Shown: in pieces, positions 9,800 to 19,357 of the stretch
Layout of the letters: each line of letters opens with the position of its first letter
Position numbering within the stretch: the stretch's first letter is position 1
Assembly (NCBI GenBank): GCA_034439715.1
Contig: JAWXAY010000033.1
Span: 64,252 to 128,251 of the forward strand
Direction of reading: 5' to 3'
Origin: Pseudomonadota bacterium
GTDB taxonomy: Bacteria; Bdellovibrionota; Bdellovibrionia; Bdellovibrionales; SG-bin7
Length of the DNA: 64,000 nt
Made by a program: the position numbers and the translations under genes
The notes under the pieces: generated by a model
Told to the model about the DNA's origin: nothing
What the model saw: the letters and a program-made list of their open reading frames with translations, nothing else
The model's database searches: none

Positions 9800-10696
9800 A
9801 TGAAAATCTTGTTTGTATTGCCCCTTCTTTTTTTGGCCTGTACTCGCGAAGAACCACCGCTAGGTTCCGAAAAAAACCCCGTAAAGTTGTTTTTCGTTCC
9901 TTCTATTGACACTAATCTCATTACTGAGAAGGCTCAAGATGTTAAGCGGTATCTAGAACAAGAAACTCCCTATAAATACAAAGTGTCGGTCCCTAATAGC
10001 TACATTGCGGTCGTAGAGGCCTTTGGAACCAAACGCGCTGATGTTTCTACCCTAAATACCTTTTCTTATATCTTGGCTTACGAAAAATATGGCACCCAGG
10101 CTCTTATTACCACTATTAGATTTGGTAAGCCCACTTATCAGGGACAAATTATTGCTAGAGCTGACAGCAAAGTCAAAACTATCAAAGACATTGCGGGTAA
10201 GAGATTTGCCTTTGTTGATCCCGCGTCGACTTCGGGCTACCTCTTACCAAAAAAACTTTTTATTGATAACCACATCAAGCCATCAGAAACAGTCTTTGCA
10301 CAAAAACACGATAATGTTGTGACCATGGTATATAACAAACAAGTCGACGCGGGCGCTACTTACCATACACCTAGCGAAAACGGTAAAATCAATGATGCGA
10401 GAAAGCTAGTAAAGACCCAGTTTCCCGATGTTGAAGAAAAAGTAAAAATTATTTACCTCACAGAACCCATTCCTAACGACCCCATAGTTTTTAGAAAAGA
10501 TCTGCCAGAAGAAATGAAAAACATTATTGCCGATGCCTTTATTAAGTATGTGACTACGAGTTCTGGCAAAGACACCTTAAATGCCATTTTTAGTATAACC
10601 GCACTCAAGAGATCGACTGATAAAGATTATGATGAGGTTCGAATTATGTTAAAGAAACTAGGCGAAACCGCTGAAGGTATGATAAAAAAGCAGTGA
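9800..10696 (+). CDS. phnD: Phosphate/phosphite/phosphonate ABC transporter substrate-binding lipoprotein
   Basis: Lipobox FLAC; AFVDPASTSGYLLP and HDNVV..VDAGA motifs; first gene of phnDCE. Start moved to ATG 9800. Confidence 0.88.
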   Translation: MKILFVLPLLFLACTREEPPLGSEKNPVKLFFVPSIDTNLITEKAQDVKRYLEQETPYKYKVSVPNSYIAVVEAFGTKRADVSTLNTFSYILAYEKYGTQALITTIRFGKPTYQGQIIARADSKVKTIKDIAGKRFAFVDPASTSGYLLPKKLFIDNHIKPSETVFAQKHDNVVTMVYNKQVDAGATYHTPSENGKINDARKLVKTQFPDVEEKVKIIYLTEPIPNDPIVFRKDLPEEMKNIIADAFIKYVTTSSGKDTLNAIFSITALKRSTDKDYDEVRIMLKKLGETAEGMIKKQ

Positions 10697-11463
10697 TGAA
10701 TCCACTGTTATCAATCAAGAATCTTAAAAAGACTTATCCCAATGGAGTGGAGGCACTTAAAGGTGTGTCGCTCAGCGTGCAGCCTGGTGAGTTTTTAGTG
10801 GTTATTGGTTTAAGTGGTTCGGGTAAATCCACTTTATTAAAATGCGTCAATCATCTCATTGACCCCAGCGCCGGTGAAATAATTTTTAATGGCAAAGACA
10901 TCACTCATGCTAAAGGTGAAGAGGTTCAACAAATTCGTCAGCAAATGGCGATGATTTTTCAAAGTTTTAATTTGGTCGAGAGACATTCGGTAATTAGTAA
11001 TGTGCTGATGGGCTCTCTTTCGCGTACTCCAATCTTAAAAAGTATTTTAGGTTTTTTTTCGACGGCAGAAAAAGCTAAAGCTATGGATTACCTAAAGTTA
11101 GTGGGAATTGACGATCAGGCCTATTATCGTGCCGGACAACTTTCTGGTGGTCAGAAGCAGCGGGTAGCGGTGGCGCGGGCACTTATGCAAAATCCGAAAA
11201 TACTTTTGGCAGACGAACCGGTGGCAAGTCTCGACCCAGCTACCTGCCATGTCGTGATGGACTATTTAAAAAAGATAAATAAGGAGTTGGGGTTGACGAT
11301 TATTTGCAATCTACATTTTTTGAGCCTGGTCAGACAGTACGCTACTCGAGTAGTCGCTTTAAAAAATGGAAGTCTGGTTTATGAAGGGTCGCCGCAAGAA
11401 ATAGACGAAAAATGGTTTGAAAAAATTTACGGCGAAGGGGCAAAGCAAGTTCATGTTCGGTAA
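10696..11463 (+). CDS. phnC: Phosphonate ABC transporter ATP-binding protein
   Basis: GLSGSGKS Walker A, LSGGQKQR, LADEPVASLDP, NLH. Confidence 0.92.
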   Translation: MNPLLSIKNLKKTYPNGVEALKGVSLSVQPGEFLVVIGLSGSGKSTLLKCVNHLIDPSAGEIIFNGKDITHAKGEEVQQIRQQMAMIFQSFNLVERHSVISNVLMGSLSRTPILKSILGFFSTAEKAKAMDYLKLVGIDDQAYYRAGQLSGGQKQRVAVARALMQNPKILLADEPVASLDPATCHVVMDYLKKINKELGLTIICNLHFLSLVRQYATRVVALKNGSLVYEGSPQEIDEKWFEKIYGEGAKQVHVR

Positions 11464-12493
11464 AAATAGCTATCTTTACAAAGCCACTCTATTTGATGCC
11501 ATTGTCTTTGCCTATCTGAGTACGTTGCTTTTATTTGGGATTTTTTCTCCCTCAGAAGAAAACCTTCTGGATCTGAAAACAAACTTTCAAATAGAGTTCG
11601 CTCTTTTACTTCTCGGCCTTTTTACAAGTCTTACGCTCGCAAAGTTTAAAATTAAAACTTTGGGTATCGCTATTTTTGAGCCTCCTCATAAAAAAACGCA
11701 AGGTTTGGCTGTCCCATTTTACAAAACGTTTTGGGGTGTTGTATTGCTCACTGCCTTTTCGGTGACTTGTTACGTGGGTATTAGAGTCACTGAATTTAGT
11801 TTCTATGAGTTAACTAACCGCGAAGGTTTTGGAGGAGCCGTCAGGCTGATTAAAGGGATTTTTAGTCCAAATTTTAAAGTTTTGCCTCGCGCTATTTTAG
11901 AAATTATTGAGACTGTTTACATCGCGTTTGTGGCGACCGTCTTGGCTGTGCCGCTGGCGTTTATACTTAGTTTTTTCTGCGCCAAGAATATGATGAGTGG
12001 CTCTGTGGGCACAAAATTCGTTTATACGCTCTTGCGTGGATTTTTTAATATTCTGCGTTCGGTAGAACCCATCATTTGGGCAATAATTTTTTCCGTTTGG
12101 GTGGGAATTGGGCCTTTTGCCGGGATGTTGGCTCTGATGCTTCACACGGTGGCGAGTTTGGCCAAACAATACTCAGAACAAATTGAGTGTATTGACGACG
12201 GCCCGGTCGAGGGAATTCAAGCCACAGGGGCATCGTTTATTCAAGTGCTGTGGTTTGCGGTGGTACCACAGATCACGCTTCCCTATGTTGCCTTTACGAT
12301 TTTTCGCTGGGACATTAATGTGCGAATGGCTACGATTATTGGCCTCGTCGGCGGAGGCGGCATCGGTGACATGCTCATTCAATATCAAGGACAAGCGATG
12401 TGGGAAGAGGTGGGGTGTATTGCACTAGTTATAGTTTCAGTCGTTTGGATCATGGATACCGCATCCGCTTATATTCGCGACGCAATTAAGTAA
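11453..12493 (+). CDS. phnE: Phosphonate ABC transporter permease with extra N-terminal TM helices
   Basis: LRSVEPIIWA, RWDINVRMATIIGLVGGGGIG. Start at ATG 11453. Confidence 0.88.
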   Translation: MFGKNSYLYKATLFDAIVFAYLSTLLLFGIFSPSEENLLDLKTNFQIEFALLLLGLFTSLTLAKFKIKTLGIAIFEPPHKKTQGLAVPFYKTFWGVVLLTAFSVTCYVGIRVTEFSFYELTNREGFGGAVRLIKGIFSPNFKVLPRAILEIIETVYIAFVATVLAVPLAFILSFFCAKNMMSGSVGTKFVYTLLRGFFNILRSVEPIIWAIIFSVWVGIGPFAGMLALMLHTVASLAKQYSEQIECIDDGPVEGIQATGASFIQVLWFAVVPQITLPYVAFTIFRWDINVRMATIIGLVGGGGIGDMLIQYQGQAMWEEVGCIALVIVSVVWIMDTASAYIRDAIK

Positions 12494-12513
12494 TTCACGT
12501 AGGCGCCATGCCG

Positions 12514-12535
12514 CAAAATGAGATTTCTCATTTTG
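12514..12535. repeat. 10-bp inverted repeat (operator or hairpin) after phnE
   Basis: CAAAATGAGA-TT-TCTCATTTTG. Confidence 0.6.
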
Positions 12536-12618
12536 GATCTGGCACCCTTAGCTCTTGTAAAAAACTTCGACAAAATTCATTAACTAATTATCATTTACCA
12601 AGAATGCGCCATGTCTAC

Positions 12619-12645
12619 TAAAGTCCAGCATTGAACTACCGATAG
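12619..12645 (+). promoter_or_regulatory. Putative sigma28 (FliA) promoter for the GYF-PilZ gene and possibly the gliding cluster
   Basis: TAAA-N15-ACCGATAG, close to consensus; GAGG/AAGGGG SD-like tract downstream. Confidence 0.65.
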
Positions 12646-12676
12646 GTCTAGAGACGAGGAATAAAGGGGAATTTCT

Positions 12677-13483
12677 ATGCAGACTGAGTTCTACATCTTT
12701 GTAAATGGTAAACAGATGGGTCCCTACCCGATGGGCGATGTCGTGAAAATGATTGAGTCCCGACAAGTGGATCCCAGCGACTATATTTATGTGGAAGAAA
12801 AATCCGACTGGGTTTTTCTGATGGACTTTGAACCTTTAAAAAATAAAGGGACCGGCTTAGGTAGCAAAAAACCCAACACCAAACCAAAATCTGAGACACT
12901 CATACAGAGCGAAGCGACGGACCCACACGAATGGTATATTCTAAAAGGGGAAAACCGCACAGGTCCCTTTGCATTAATTGATTTGGTAAAAATGTTGCAA
13001 GAGAAAAGTCTGTACGAATACGAATATATTTGGCAACCAGGAATGGAAAGCTGGCAAAGAGTAGCCGAGGTCAGTGATTTTAAACCAGACAAAATTCGCG
13101 ATTTAAAACGTTCCAAAGATTCTTCACTAACAGAAGTGTTCTTTAGACGTAGACATGCCCGAGCCCCGTTTGGAGGCTCTATTGTTGTCCATGACAATCA
13201 AAAAGTCTGGAAAGGGCAGGGATTTGAAATCAGTTCGGGCGGTGCCGGAATCATTATGGAGCATTCGATGATTGTTCCAAGTCAAGTTCTCTATCTTCAT
13301 TTCAAGCCAGAGGATGCCGTGCCACCGTTCAACGCCGTAGTCGAAGTTGTCAGCAAAAGATTTTTAAAGAGCGTAAAACACAAAGATCAAACCATTCATT
13401 ACGGAGTTAAGTTTACAAGTATTGGAGAAAAAGCCTTAGGTCATTTAAACGACTTTACGCAAAAAGGAAGAAGGGCTTCTTAG
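12677..13483 (+). CDS. Tandem GYF_2 (DUF4339) domains plus C-terminal PilZ domain
   Basis: Two W/FYI..G...GPY/F....W repeats; PilZ RRRHAR (RxxxR) and EISSGG motifs, YGVKF. Confidence 0.85.
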   Translation: MQTEFYIFVNGKQMGPYPMGDVVKMIESRQVDPSDYIYVEEKSDWVFLMDFEPLKNKGTGLGSKKPNTKPKSETLIQSEATDPHEWYILKGENRTGPFALIDLVKMLQEKSLYEYEYIWQPGMESWQRVAEVSDFKPDKIRDLKRSKDSSLTEVFFRRRHARAPFGGSIVVHDNQKVWKGQGFEISSGGAGIIMEHSMIVPSQVLYLHFKPEDAVPPFNAVVEVVSKRFLKSVKHKDQTIHYGVKFTSIGEKALGHLNDFTQKGRRAS

Positions 13484-13596
13484 TTTTTAAAATTTAAGTC
13501 TGTAGCGAGAATTGCTCACGTCTGTTGGATGTACTCTCCGAGCCTAAAATAATATTTTTTAGCAACCTGCGATATATGGGTTGGGAGTGTACACAA

Positions 13597-14559
13597 GTGA
13601 AACGATTATTAATTAGTGCAACTATTCTAGCTTTTTTAGCACTGCAGATGTCCTGCGCTGCTCAAAAATTTGGTTTAGCGCCTGAAGCTGACAAGTATAA
13701 TGCGACAGTCACTTGGAACAACAAAATCGATATTCTTTGGATCATCGATAACACACCTTCAATGCAACAACATCAAACAATTTTAGCCAACCAGATCGGC
13801 GCTTTTGCTGACGGTCTTAGCACGCGCAATTTAGATTTTCATTTAGGGGTTACAACTTCTAATATCTCTACTGACGGTGAGCGCGGTAAGCTCATCGGCA
13901 ACCCCAAAGTATTGACTGGCTCAACTCCCAATTTTCGCAATCAGTTTGTAAGCCGGGTAGTGCTACCTGAGGTCGATCATTATGAACAAGGTTTGGGCGC
14001 CATGAAAAAGGCCATAGAGATTGGTTCCAACGACAATGCTGGATTTTTTAGAGCTGACGCATTTTTAGTGGTGGTGGTGTTTTCGAATGAGGATGACCAC
14101 AGTGAGGGAAATGCTCAAGACTATATTAATTTTTTAGAAAGCTACAAAAAACCCACCCAGTTTGGTGAGAGAATGTGGACCTTTCACACCTTAGCGGTTA
14201 TGGGAACTGCGGGCGAAGGCTGTTCTACCAACGGTCAATTTACAGAGCCTGGCTACGAATACATGGGCATGACCAACTTTTCGGGTGGCATTAAAACTAG
14301 CATTTGTGTATCCGACTTCAAACAAGCACTTTCAGGAATCGAAAAGAAATTATGGGATTCAACCGCCAAGTTTATTTTGGATCGAATTCCAGTGGTAGAA
14401 TCAATCGAAGTTCGAATTAATGGGGAATTAGTTCCTAATGACGCTGTCAACGGTTGGACTTATCACGAAGAAGATAACTCAATTCGGCTTCATGGCACAA
14501 GTGTGGCCCGAATCGATTCTAGTTTAACAATTAATTATAATCCGACTACGGCCAAATAA
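13597..14559 (+). CDS. VWA-like lipoprotein (CglB-like gliding adhesin candidate)
   Basis: GTG start, signal peptide with LQMSC lipobox, IDILWIIDNTPSM MIDAS-like motif, FFRADAFLVVVVFSNEDD. Confidence 0.7.
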   Translation: MKRLLISATILAFLALQMSCAAQKFGLAPEADKYNATVTWNNKIDILWIIDNTPSMQQHQTILANQIGAFADGLSTRNLDFHLGVTTSNISTDGERGKLIGNPKVLTGSTPNFRNQFVSRVVLPEVDHYEQGLGAMKKAIEIGSNDNAGFFRADAFLVVVVFSNEDDHSEGNAQDYINFLESYKKPTQFGERMWTFHTLAVMGTAGEGCSTNGQFTEPGYEYMGMTNFSGGIKTSICVSDFKQALSGIEKKLWDSTAKFILDRIPVVESIEVRINGELVPNDAVNGWTYHEEDNSIRLHGTSVARIDSSLTINYNPTTAK

Positions 14560-14568
14560 GGGGGACCC

Positions 14569-15312
14569 ATGTTAGAAGGTATCAAGGAATTTATTAAGAT
14601 ATTAGACGATGGCGGAGTAACATCGTACCTCATAGTTTTGATGGGAGTACTCGCACTAGGCATTATGTTAGAACGAGTTCGCGCTCTCTATTTTACCTAT
14701 GCAATTAACGCCCAAGAGTTTATGACTCATGTAAAGGCGTTAGTTCAAAACGATCAATTAGAAGAAGCAATTACACATTGCTCGGGCAAAGAAGAAATCC
14801 CTCTTGTGGCGGTAGTAAAAAGAATCTTAGAACGATCTGATCGTGACGATGAGTCAATTGAAAAGGGCCAAGAAATCGCCATTGCCGAAGTTATGCCTCA
14901 GATTGGAAAAAGGCTTGGTTATCTCTCGATGATTGCCAACGTCTCCACACTTTTAGGTTTGTTGGGAACGATTCAAGGAATGATTATGGCTTTCTCCGCT
15001 GTCTCAGCAGCTGATCCCACCCAAAAACAAAGAATTCTTTCCGAAGGTATTTCGATGGCCATGTATACAACCGCCTTCGGACTGTGCGTGGCTATTCCCG
15101 TGATGGTGGTCTACTCATTCTTGTTTGCAAAACAGAACAGACACTTTGAAGAAATCATTGAGAATTCTTCAAAAGTTGTGGACTGGCTTTCGACGAGACA
15201 CTATCAGCCCTTCCACATTAATAATGTATTTCCGGCGAAAGCTGCACCTCAAGACAAAAATGGCAAAGGCGGACCGGCAGTACCTCCTTCTACAAAACAG
15301 AAAGTGGCATAA
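14569..15312 (+). CDS. aglR: MotA/TolQ/ExbB proton-channel subunit of the gliding motor (AglR-like)
   Basis: STLLGLLGTIQGMI and GISMAMYTTAFGL, three TM segments; heads the gliding cluster. Confidence 0.85.
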   Translation: MLEGIKEFIKILDDGGVTSYLIVLMGVLALGIMLERVRALYFTYAINAQEFMTHVKALVQNDQLEEAITHCSGKEEIPLVAVVKRILERSDRDDESIEKGQEIAIAEVMPQIGKRLGYLSMIANVSTLLGLLGTIQGMIMAFSAVSAADPTQKQRILSEGISMAMYTTAFGLCVAIPVMVVYSFLFAKQNRHFEEIIENSSKVVDWLSTRHYQPFHINNVFPAKAAPQDKNGKGGPAVPPSTKQKVA

Positions 15313-15321
15313 GGAAAAACA

Positions 15322-15870
15322 ATGGCAAAGAACCTAAGTCTCTTTAAAGCTGAGGAAGAATCGATAGAACTCGATATGGCACCATTGTTGTCACTTATCG
15401 TGTCATTGATTCCGATTCTCATCTTTACAGTAGTAATGGTAAAAGTGGGGGTTGTTGAAACACAGCTGCCACAAGTCGTCAACGACGCGATAGAGCTGGA
15501 GCGTAAAAACCCAACCCCCGAAGTTTCTATCATGGCTTCTGTTCTTGCTGGCAAGGGAATTGAACTTGAAATTATACATAATGGTCAGAGTGAGAAAAGG
15601 TCAATCCCACTGATCGACAATGAATTCGATTACGACGGTTTCCATAAGGAATTGGTGAGAGCTAAGGAACAATACCCTCAAACATTCCGTTTAGATTTAA
15701 GACCGGATCTAGCAACTCCTTATAACAAGATTATTAAAATAATGGACGCAGCCAGAAAAACTAAAGTAGGCGAGCGTAAAATTTTTGTAATCGATAAAGG
15801 TACTAACCAAAAGGTAGAAACTGACATTATGTTTGTTGACATATTTTTTGGCAATGTGATGGAAGGCTAA
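15322..15870 (+). CDS. aglQ: ExbD/TolR-family subunit (AglQ-like), lacking the usual TM Asp
   Basis: ELDMAPLLSL TM segment; PDLATPYNKIIKIMDAAR ExbD C-terminal motif. Confidence 0.75.
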   Translation: MAKNLSLFKAEEESIELDMAPLLSLIVSLIPILIFTVVMVKVGVVETQLPQVVNDAIELERKNPTPEVSIMASVLAGKGIELEIIHNGQSEKRSIPLIDNEFDYDGFHKELVRAKEQYPQTFRLDLRPDLATPYNKIIKIMDAARKTKVGERKIFVIDKGTNQKVETDIMFVDIFFGNVMEG

Positions 15871-15874
15871 AGAA

Positions 15875-16387
15875 ATGCGTATTGTAGAGAAGATGAAAAA
15901 AATTAATCGCAAAGCTACATTCACGGTGCAGATCACATCGATGGTAGATATGATGACAATCTTATTGGTATTTTTGCTCAATCAACAGAGTGCCAGTTCG
16001 GTGCAAGTATCAGTCACAGATGGCCTTGTGCTGCCAATCTCAAGTACCGCCAACAACCCCATAGAAGCTCTCAAAGTAGTTGTCACCGCAGCGGGAATAT
16101 TTGTAAACGACAAAAGGGTTTCAGAAATCATCGACGGAAAGATTGTGGATTCTAGCTTTGACGCCAAAGATAAAATGTTTATTCCCGCCCTTTATGAAGA
16201 ACTCGATAAAGAGGCTGAGAATTCTCGAAGAATAGCATCCATAAACGAGACTCTAGATTTCGACGGCACTTTAGTTTTACAGGCTGACTCAAGACTTAAA
16301 TATGAAGTGCTTAAAAAAGTAATGTACACGGCCACATCAGCAGGCTACGCCAATATTAAGATGGCCGCTGTTGCGGTAGGAGATTAA
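15875..16387 (+). CDS. aglS: ExbD/TolR-family subunit (AglS-like)
   Basis: ITSMVDMMTILLVFLL TM segment with Asp; LQADSRLKYEVLKKVMYTA..AGY. Confidence 0.8.
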   Translation: MRIVEKMKKINRKATFTVQITSMVDMMTILLVFLLNQQSASSVQVSVTDGLVLPISSTANNPIEALKVVVTAAGIFVNDKRVSEIIDGKIVDSSFDAKDKMFIPALYEELDKEAENSRRIASINETLDFDGTLVLQADSRLKYEVLKKVMYTATSAGYANIKMAAVAVGD

Positions 16388-16390
16388 AAA

Positions 16391-19357
16391 GTGAAATCGT
16401 TTGTAGTGACCTTCGTAATAGTAACTCTGTTCTCTGGCGCACAGGTGCTTGGGAACCAAAACGTTCTTGATAATCTTCGCATTGATCCTAACGACGAAAC
16501 GGGCAATGAGGTTCGCGCTTTGAAGACCGAAATACTTGTTAAACAAACGGAGCAAAAGGCAATGGCCGAACTAACAAAGCTCCTTAAAAAATACCGCGGT
16601 ACTCAGATGGAGGCTGAACTTTTGTTTAGACAAGCTGAACTCTATATGAGGCAAGCCAAAACTGATCGATTCTTTGAGTTACAGAAAACAAACGACAAAA
16701 TGAAAAGACTTGCCCCCCGTTTAGTAGAAAAAGCCTCAGAAAAAAATGCGGTGACAAAAGCAATTGCCATCTACGATAGCATTGAGGGTCGATTTAGAAA
16801 CTTTAGGAGCCTCGATCTTGTGTTATTTAATAACGGCTTTGCCAACCAGAGCATTAAAAACTTTAGCAAGGCAAAAGCGCTCTACACGAGACTATTAGAT
16901 CGCTATCCCGATTCATTTGTACTTCCTGATGCCTATCTGTCGATGGGCGAAATGTTTTTTCAAGAAAAGAATTTTTCTAAAGCACTTCAATTTTTCTTGA
17001 AGATTAAAAAGTTTCCTGAGGCCAGGGCCTATCCTTACGGTTTGTATAAAATTGCTTGGACTCACTATAATTTGAATGACGCCACCTCGGGACTTAAAGA
17101 ACTAGGAAGCCTCGTGAATTTTGGTAGGTCTGTAAAGGAGAAAGGCTTAGACTCTCGACTAGATCTAAGAAAAGAAGCTCTTGAAGATATGGCATTATTT
17201 TTTGAGGATGTCTTTCCAGCTAGTCATGCCTACGATTTCTTTAAAACTCCAGCTCAAGATTTTGGCGTCGGCGCTGTACTTATGAGACTTACGGAGCTTT
17301 ACAAATCTCATAGTCGCAACAAAGATGCGGTAGTTGTACTTCATGATTTGGTGGAGCGCTCTCCTCGGTCTTCTTACTTACCGGTAGCATATAATGAACT
17401 CGCCTGGATATTTGAGACTCTGCATGATCGTAAGTCCTCGGTCGTAGAACTTTCAAAATTTCACGATATTTGTAAAGAAGGAAGCCGCTGGCAAAAATCT
17501 CAAAGAGGAAATGAGCTTGAGGATGAATTTAAGGGATTTAGCGTATCCGCTGAGCTCAATTGCCAGGAGCTATTTGATGATACCAGTTTGAGACTAGCTT
17601 CAAAGTGGCACCGCATGTGGAAGAAGCAGCCTCAGTTTATCGATATTGCGCAGTCAGCAGAGGCCGCCTACCGACTATACTTAGAATTACCGAGGGACAC
17701 TAAAGAGGTTAGCCAGGCCAGATTTAACTTTGCAGAGCTTTTGTTCCAAAATAAAAAATATCGTGAGGCGAGCGAGAACTATGCTCAAGTGGGACAGTCT
17801 GAAAAAGACCTGTCGTTAAGGCATGATGCTGGTTATGCGGCCCTCGTAAGCTTAGAAAAAGCGGTCGGCGAAAAATGGCAGGCAGAAGATATTGTAACTT
17901 TTGTGAGATTAGCCAGCAGTTATTTTAAAGGAAATCCTCAAGGTAAATTCCTACTAGAAGTTAAATTTAAACTAGGATTTTTGTCCTACGAGGCGAAAGA
18001 TTTTGTTAAAGCCAAAGAGGTCTTTAAAGTTGTGGGAAGCCAAGATAAAAATAGGGACCTTGCGAGCAAATCTCAGGATCTAATGATGGACATTCTCAAC
18101 AAAGAGAAGAGTTATACGGAGTTGAAAAACTACGCAAAAAATCTTAAAGGGTCTGGTGGAAATAAAGAGCGCAACCAAAAATTGACAAAAATTTATGAGG
18201 AGTCATTCTTTGCCGAGATACAAGGTATAGAAGACAAACAAGATTACCCAAAAGCCATAGCCGAATATCTTTCGTTCTCGAAAGACAACCCGACGTCTCT
18301 TTTGACTAGCAAGGCTTGGTGGAACGCCATACAACTATACTATAGAATTGAAAGGTATTTGGAAGCCGCACAAGAAGGTCGAAGATTTGCTATTGCTTAT
18401 CCTGAGGACAATGGAAATCTTGAGATACTGTTAAAATCGGCTCAGTCTTTTGAGAAAATAGGGCGATCGACCGACGCTGCTCAAGTACTCATTCAATTGG
18501 CGAAGCGAGATACCAAGCAGACTAAAAAATGGGAGCTCTTAGCAGCTGATCTTTTTTCTGTAAGTCCCAACAAGGACGAGGCTAGAAAGCTTTACCAAAA
18601 ATATGCGAAACTGCCCAATGGCAGCGTGGACGCTAATATTTTGGCCAAGTGGCAACTTCTAGAAGAAAACATTAATGACAAAGAGAGCCTGAAAAAGGTC
18701 TATCAACTTGTGTTTGCGGCAGGAATCCAACCCCAAATGAGTGTTATTCAAATTAAAGAATTAGATTTATTGATGGCTAGCAAAATGTATAAAGAAGCCT
18801 TTGATTTGGCAAAAAGGATTTTGGGAAATAGCGAATCAACTAACTATGCTAAAGCAAAAGCGCGATTTTGTCAGGGTAGGATACTAGAGGACGAATTCGA
18901 CAATCAAAGTCTAAAGTCAAAGATCGAGCGAATCGCCATCGTATTGAGTCTTAAGACGCAGCGCTTAGAAAAAGTTCAGAGCGCGTACGAAAGTTCCATG
19001 AAGTATGGAGTCGGAGAGATTAGCGTTAAAGCCATGAAACGTCTGGGTTCAAGTTATCTCAATTATTCGCGCGCACTACGAAATATTGACCTTCCGCTCG
19101 ATCCTACTCAGGCCGCAGATGTTGAAGTACTTCGTGGTGAGCTTGAAAAACTAGCGGCTCCTATGGAACAAAAAGGATTTGGTATTCTGATGGAGGCTCT
19201 AGCTCTGGCTCACAAGTTCGAGGGTGGTGGTGAGTATATTAGCGAAATTGAATCTGCGATAAATCAAAATCAGACAAAAAAATGGGTCCCCAAATTCAAA
19301 GTAATTATTGAACAGCCAGAGATCATGGTGCCAAAAGTGAAGGCGGTATCAACATGA
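16391..19357 (+). CDS. gltD: Large periplasmic TPR protein (GltD/AgmU-like)
   Basis: Signal peptide, many TPRs, AELLFRQAELY and YGLYKIAW motifs; position after aglRQS. Confidence 0.72.
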   Translation: MKSFVVTFVIVTLFSGAQVLGNQNVLDNLRIDPNDETGNEVRALKTEILVKQTEQKAMAELTKLLKKYRGTQMEAELLFRQAELYMRQAKTDRFFELQKTNDKMKRLAPRLVEKASEKNAVTKAIAIYDSIEGRFRNFRSLDLVLFNNGFANQSIKNFSKAKALYTRLLDRYPDSFVLPDAYLSMGEMFFQEKNFSKALQFFLKIKKFPEARAYPYGLYKIAWTHYNLNDATSGLKELGSLVNFGRSVKEKGLDSRLDLRKEALEDMALFFEDVFPASHAYDFFKTPAQDFGVGAVLMRLTELYKSHSRNKDAVVVLHDLVERSPRSSYLPVAYNELAWIFETLHDRKSSVVELSKFHDICKEGSRWQKSQRGNELEDEFKGFSVSAELNCQELFDDTSLRLASKWHRMWKKQPQFIDIAQSAEAAYRLYLELPRDTKEVSQARFNFAELLFQNKKYREASENYAQVGQSEKDLSLRHDAGYAALVSLEKAVGEKWQAEDIVTFVRLASSYFKGNPQGKFLLEVKFKLGFLSYEAKDFVKAKEVFKVVGSQDKNRDLASKSQDLMMDILNKEKSYTELKNYAKNLKGSGGNKERNQKLTKIYEESFFAEIQGIEDKQDYPKAIAEYLSFSKDNPTSLLTSKAWWNAIQLYYRIERYLEAAQEGRRFAIAYPEDNGNLEILLKSAQSFEKIGRSTDAAQVLIQLAKRDTKQTKKWELLAADLFSVSPNKDEARKLYQKYAKLPNGSVDANILAKWQLLEENINDKESLKKVYQLVFAAGIQPQMSVIQIKELDLLMASKMYKEAFDLAKRILGNSESTNYAKAKARFCQGRILEDEFDNQSLKSKIERIAIVLSLKTQRLEKVQSAYESSMKYGVGEISVKAMKRLGSSYLNYSRALRNIDLPLDPTQAADVEVLRGELEKLAAPMEQKGFGILMEALALAHKFEGGGEYISEIESAINQNQTKKWVPKFKVIIEQPEIMVPKVKAVST

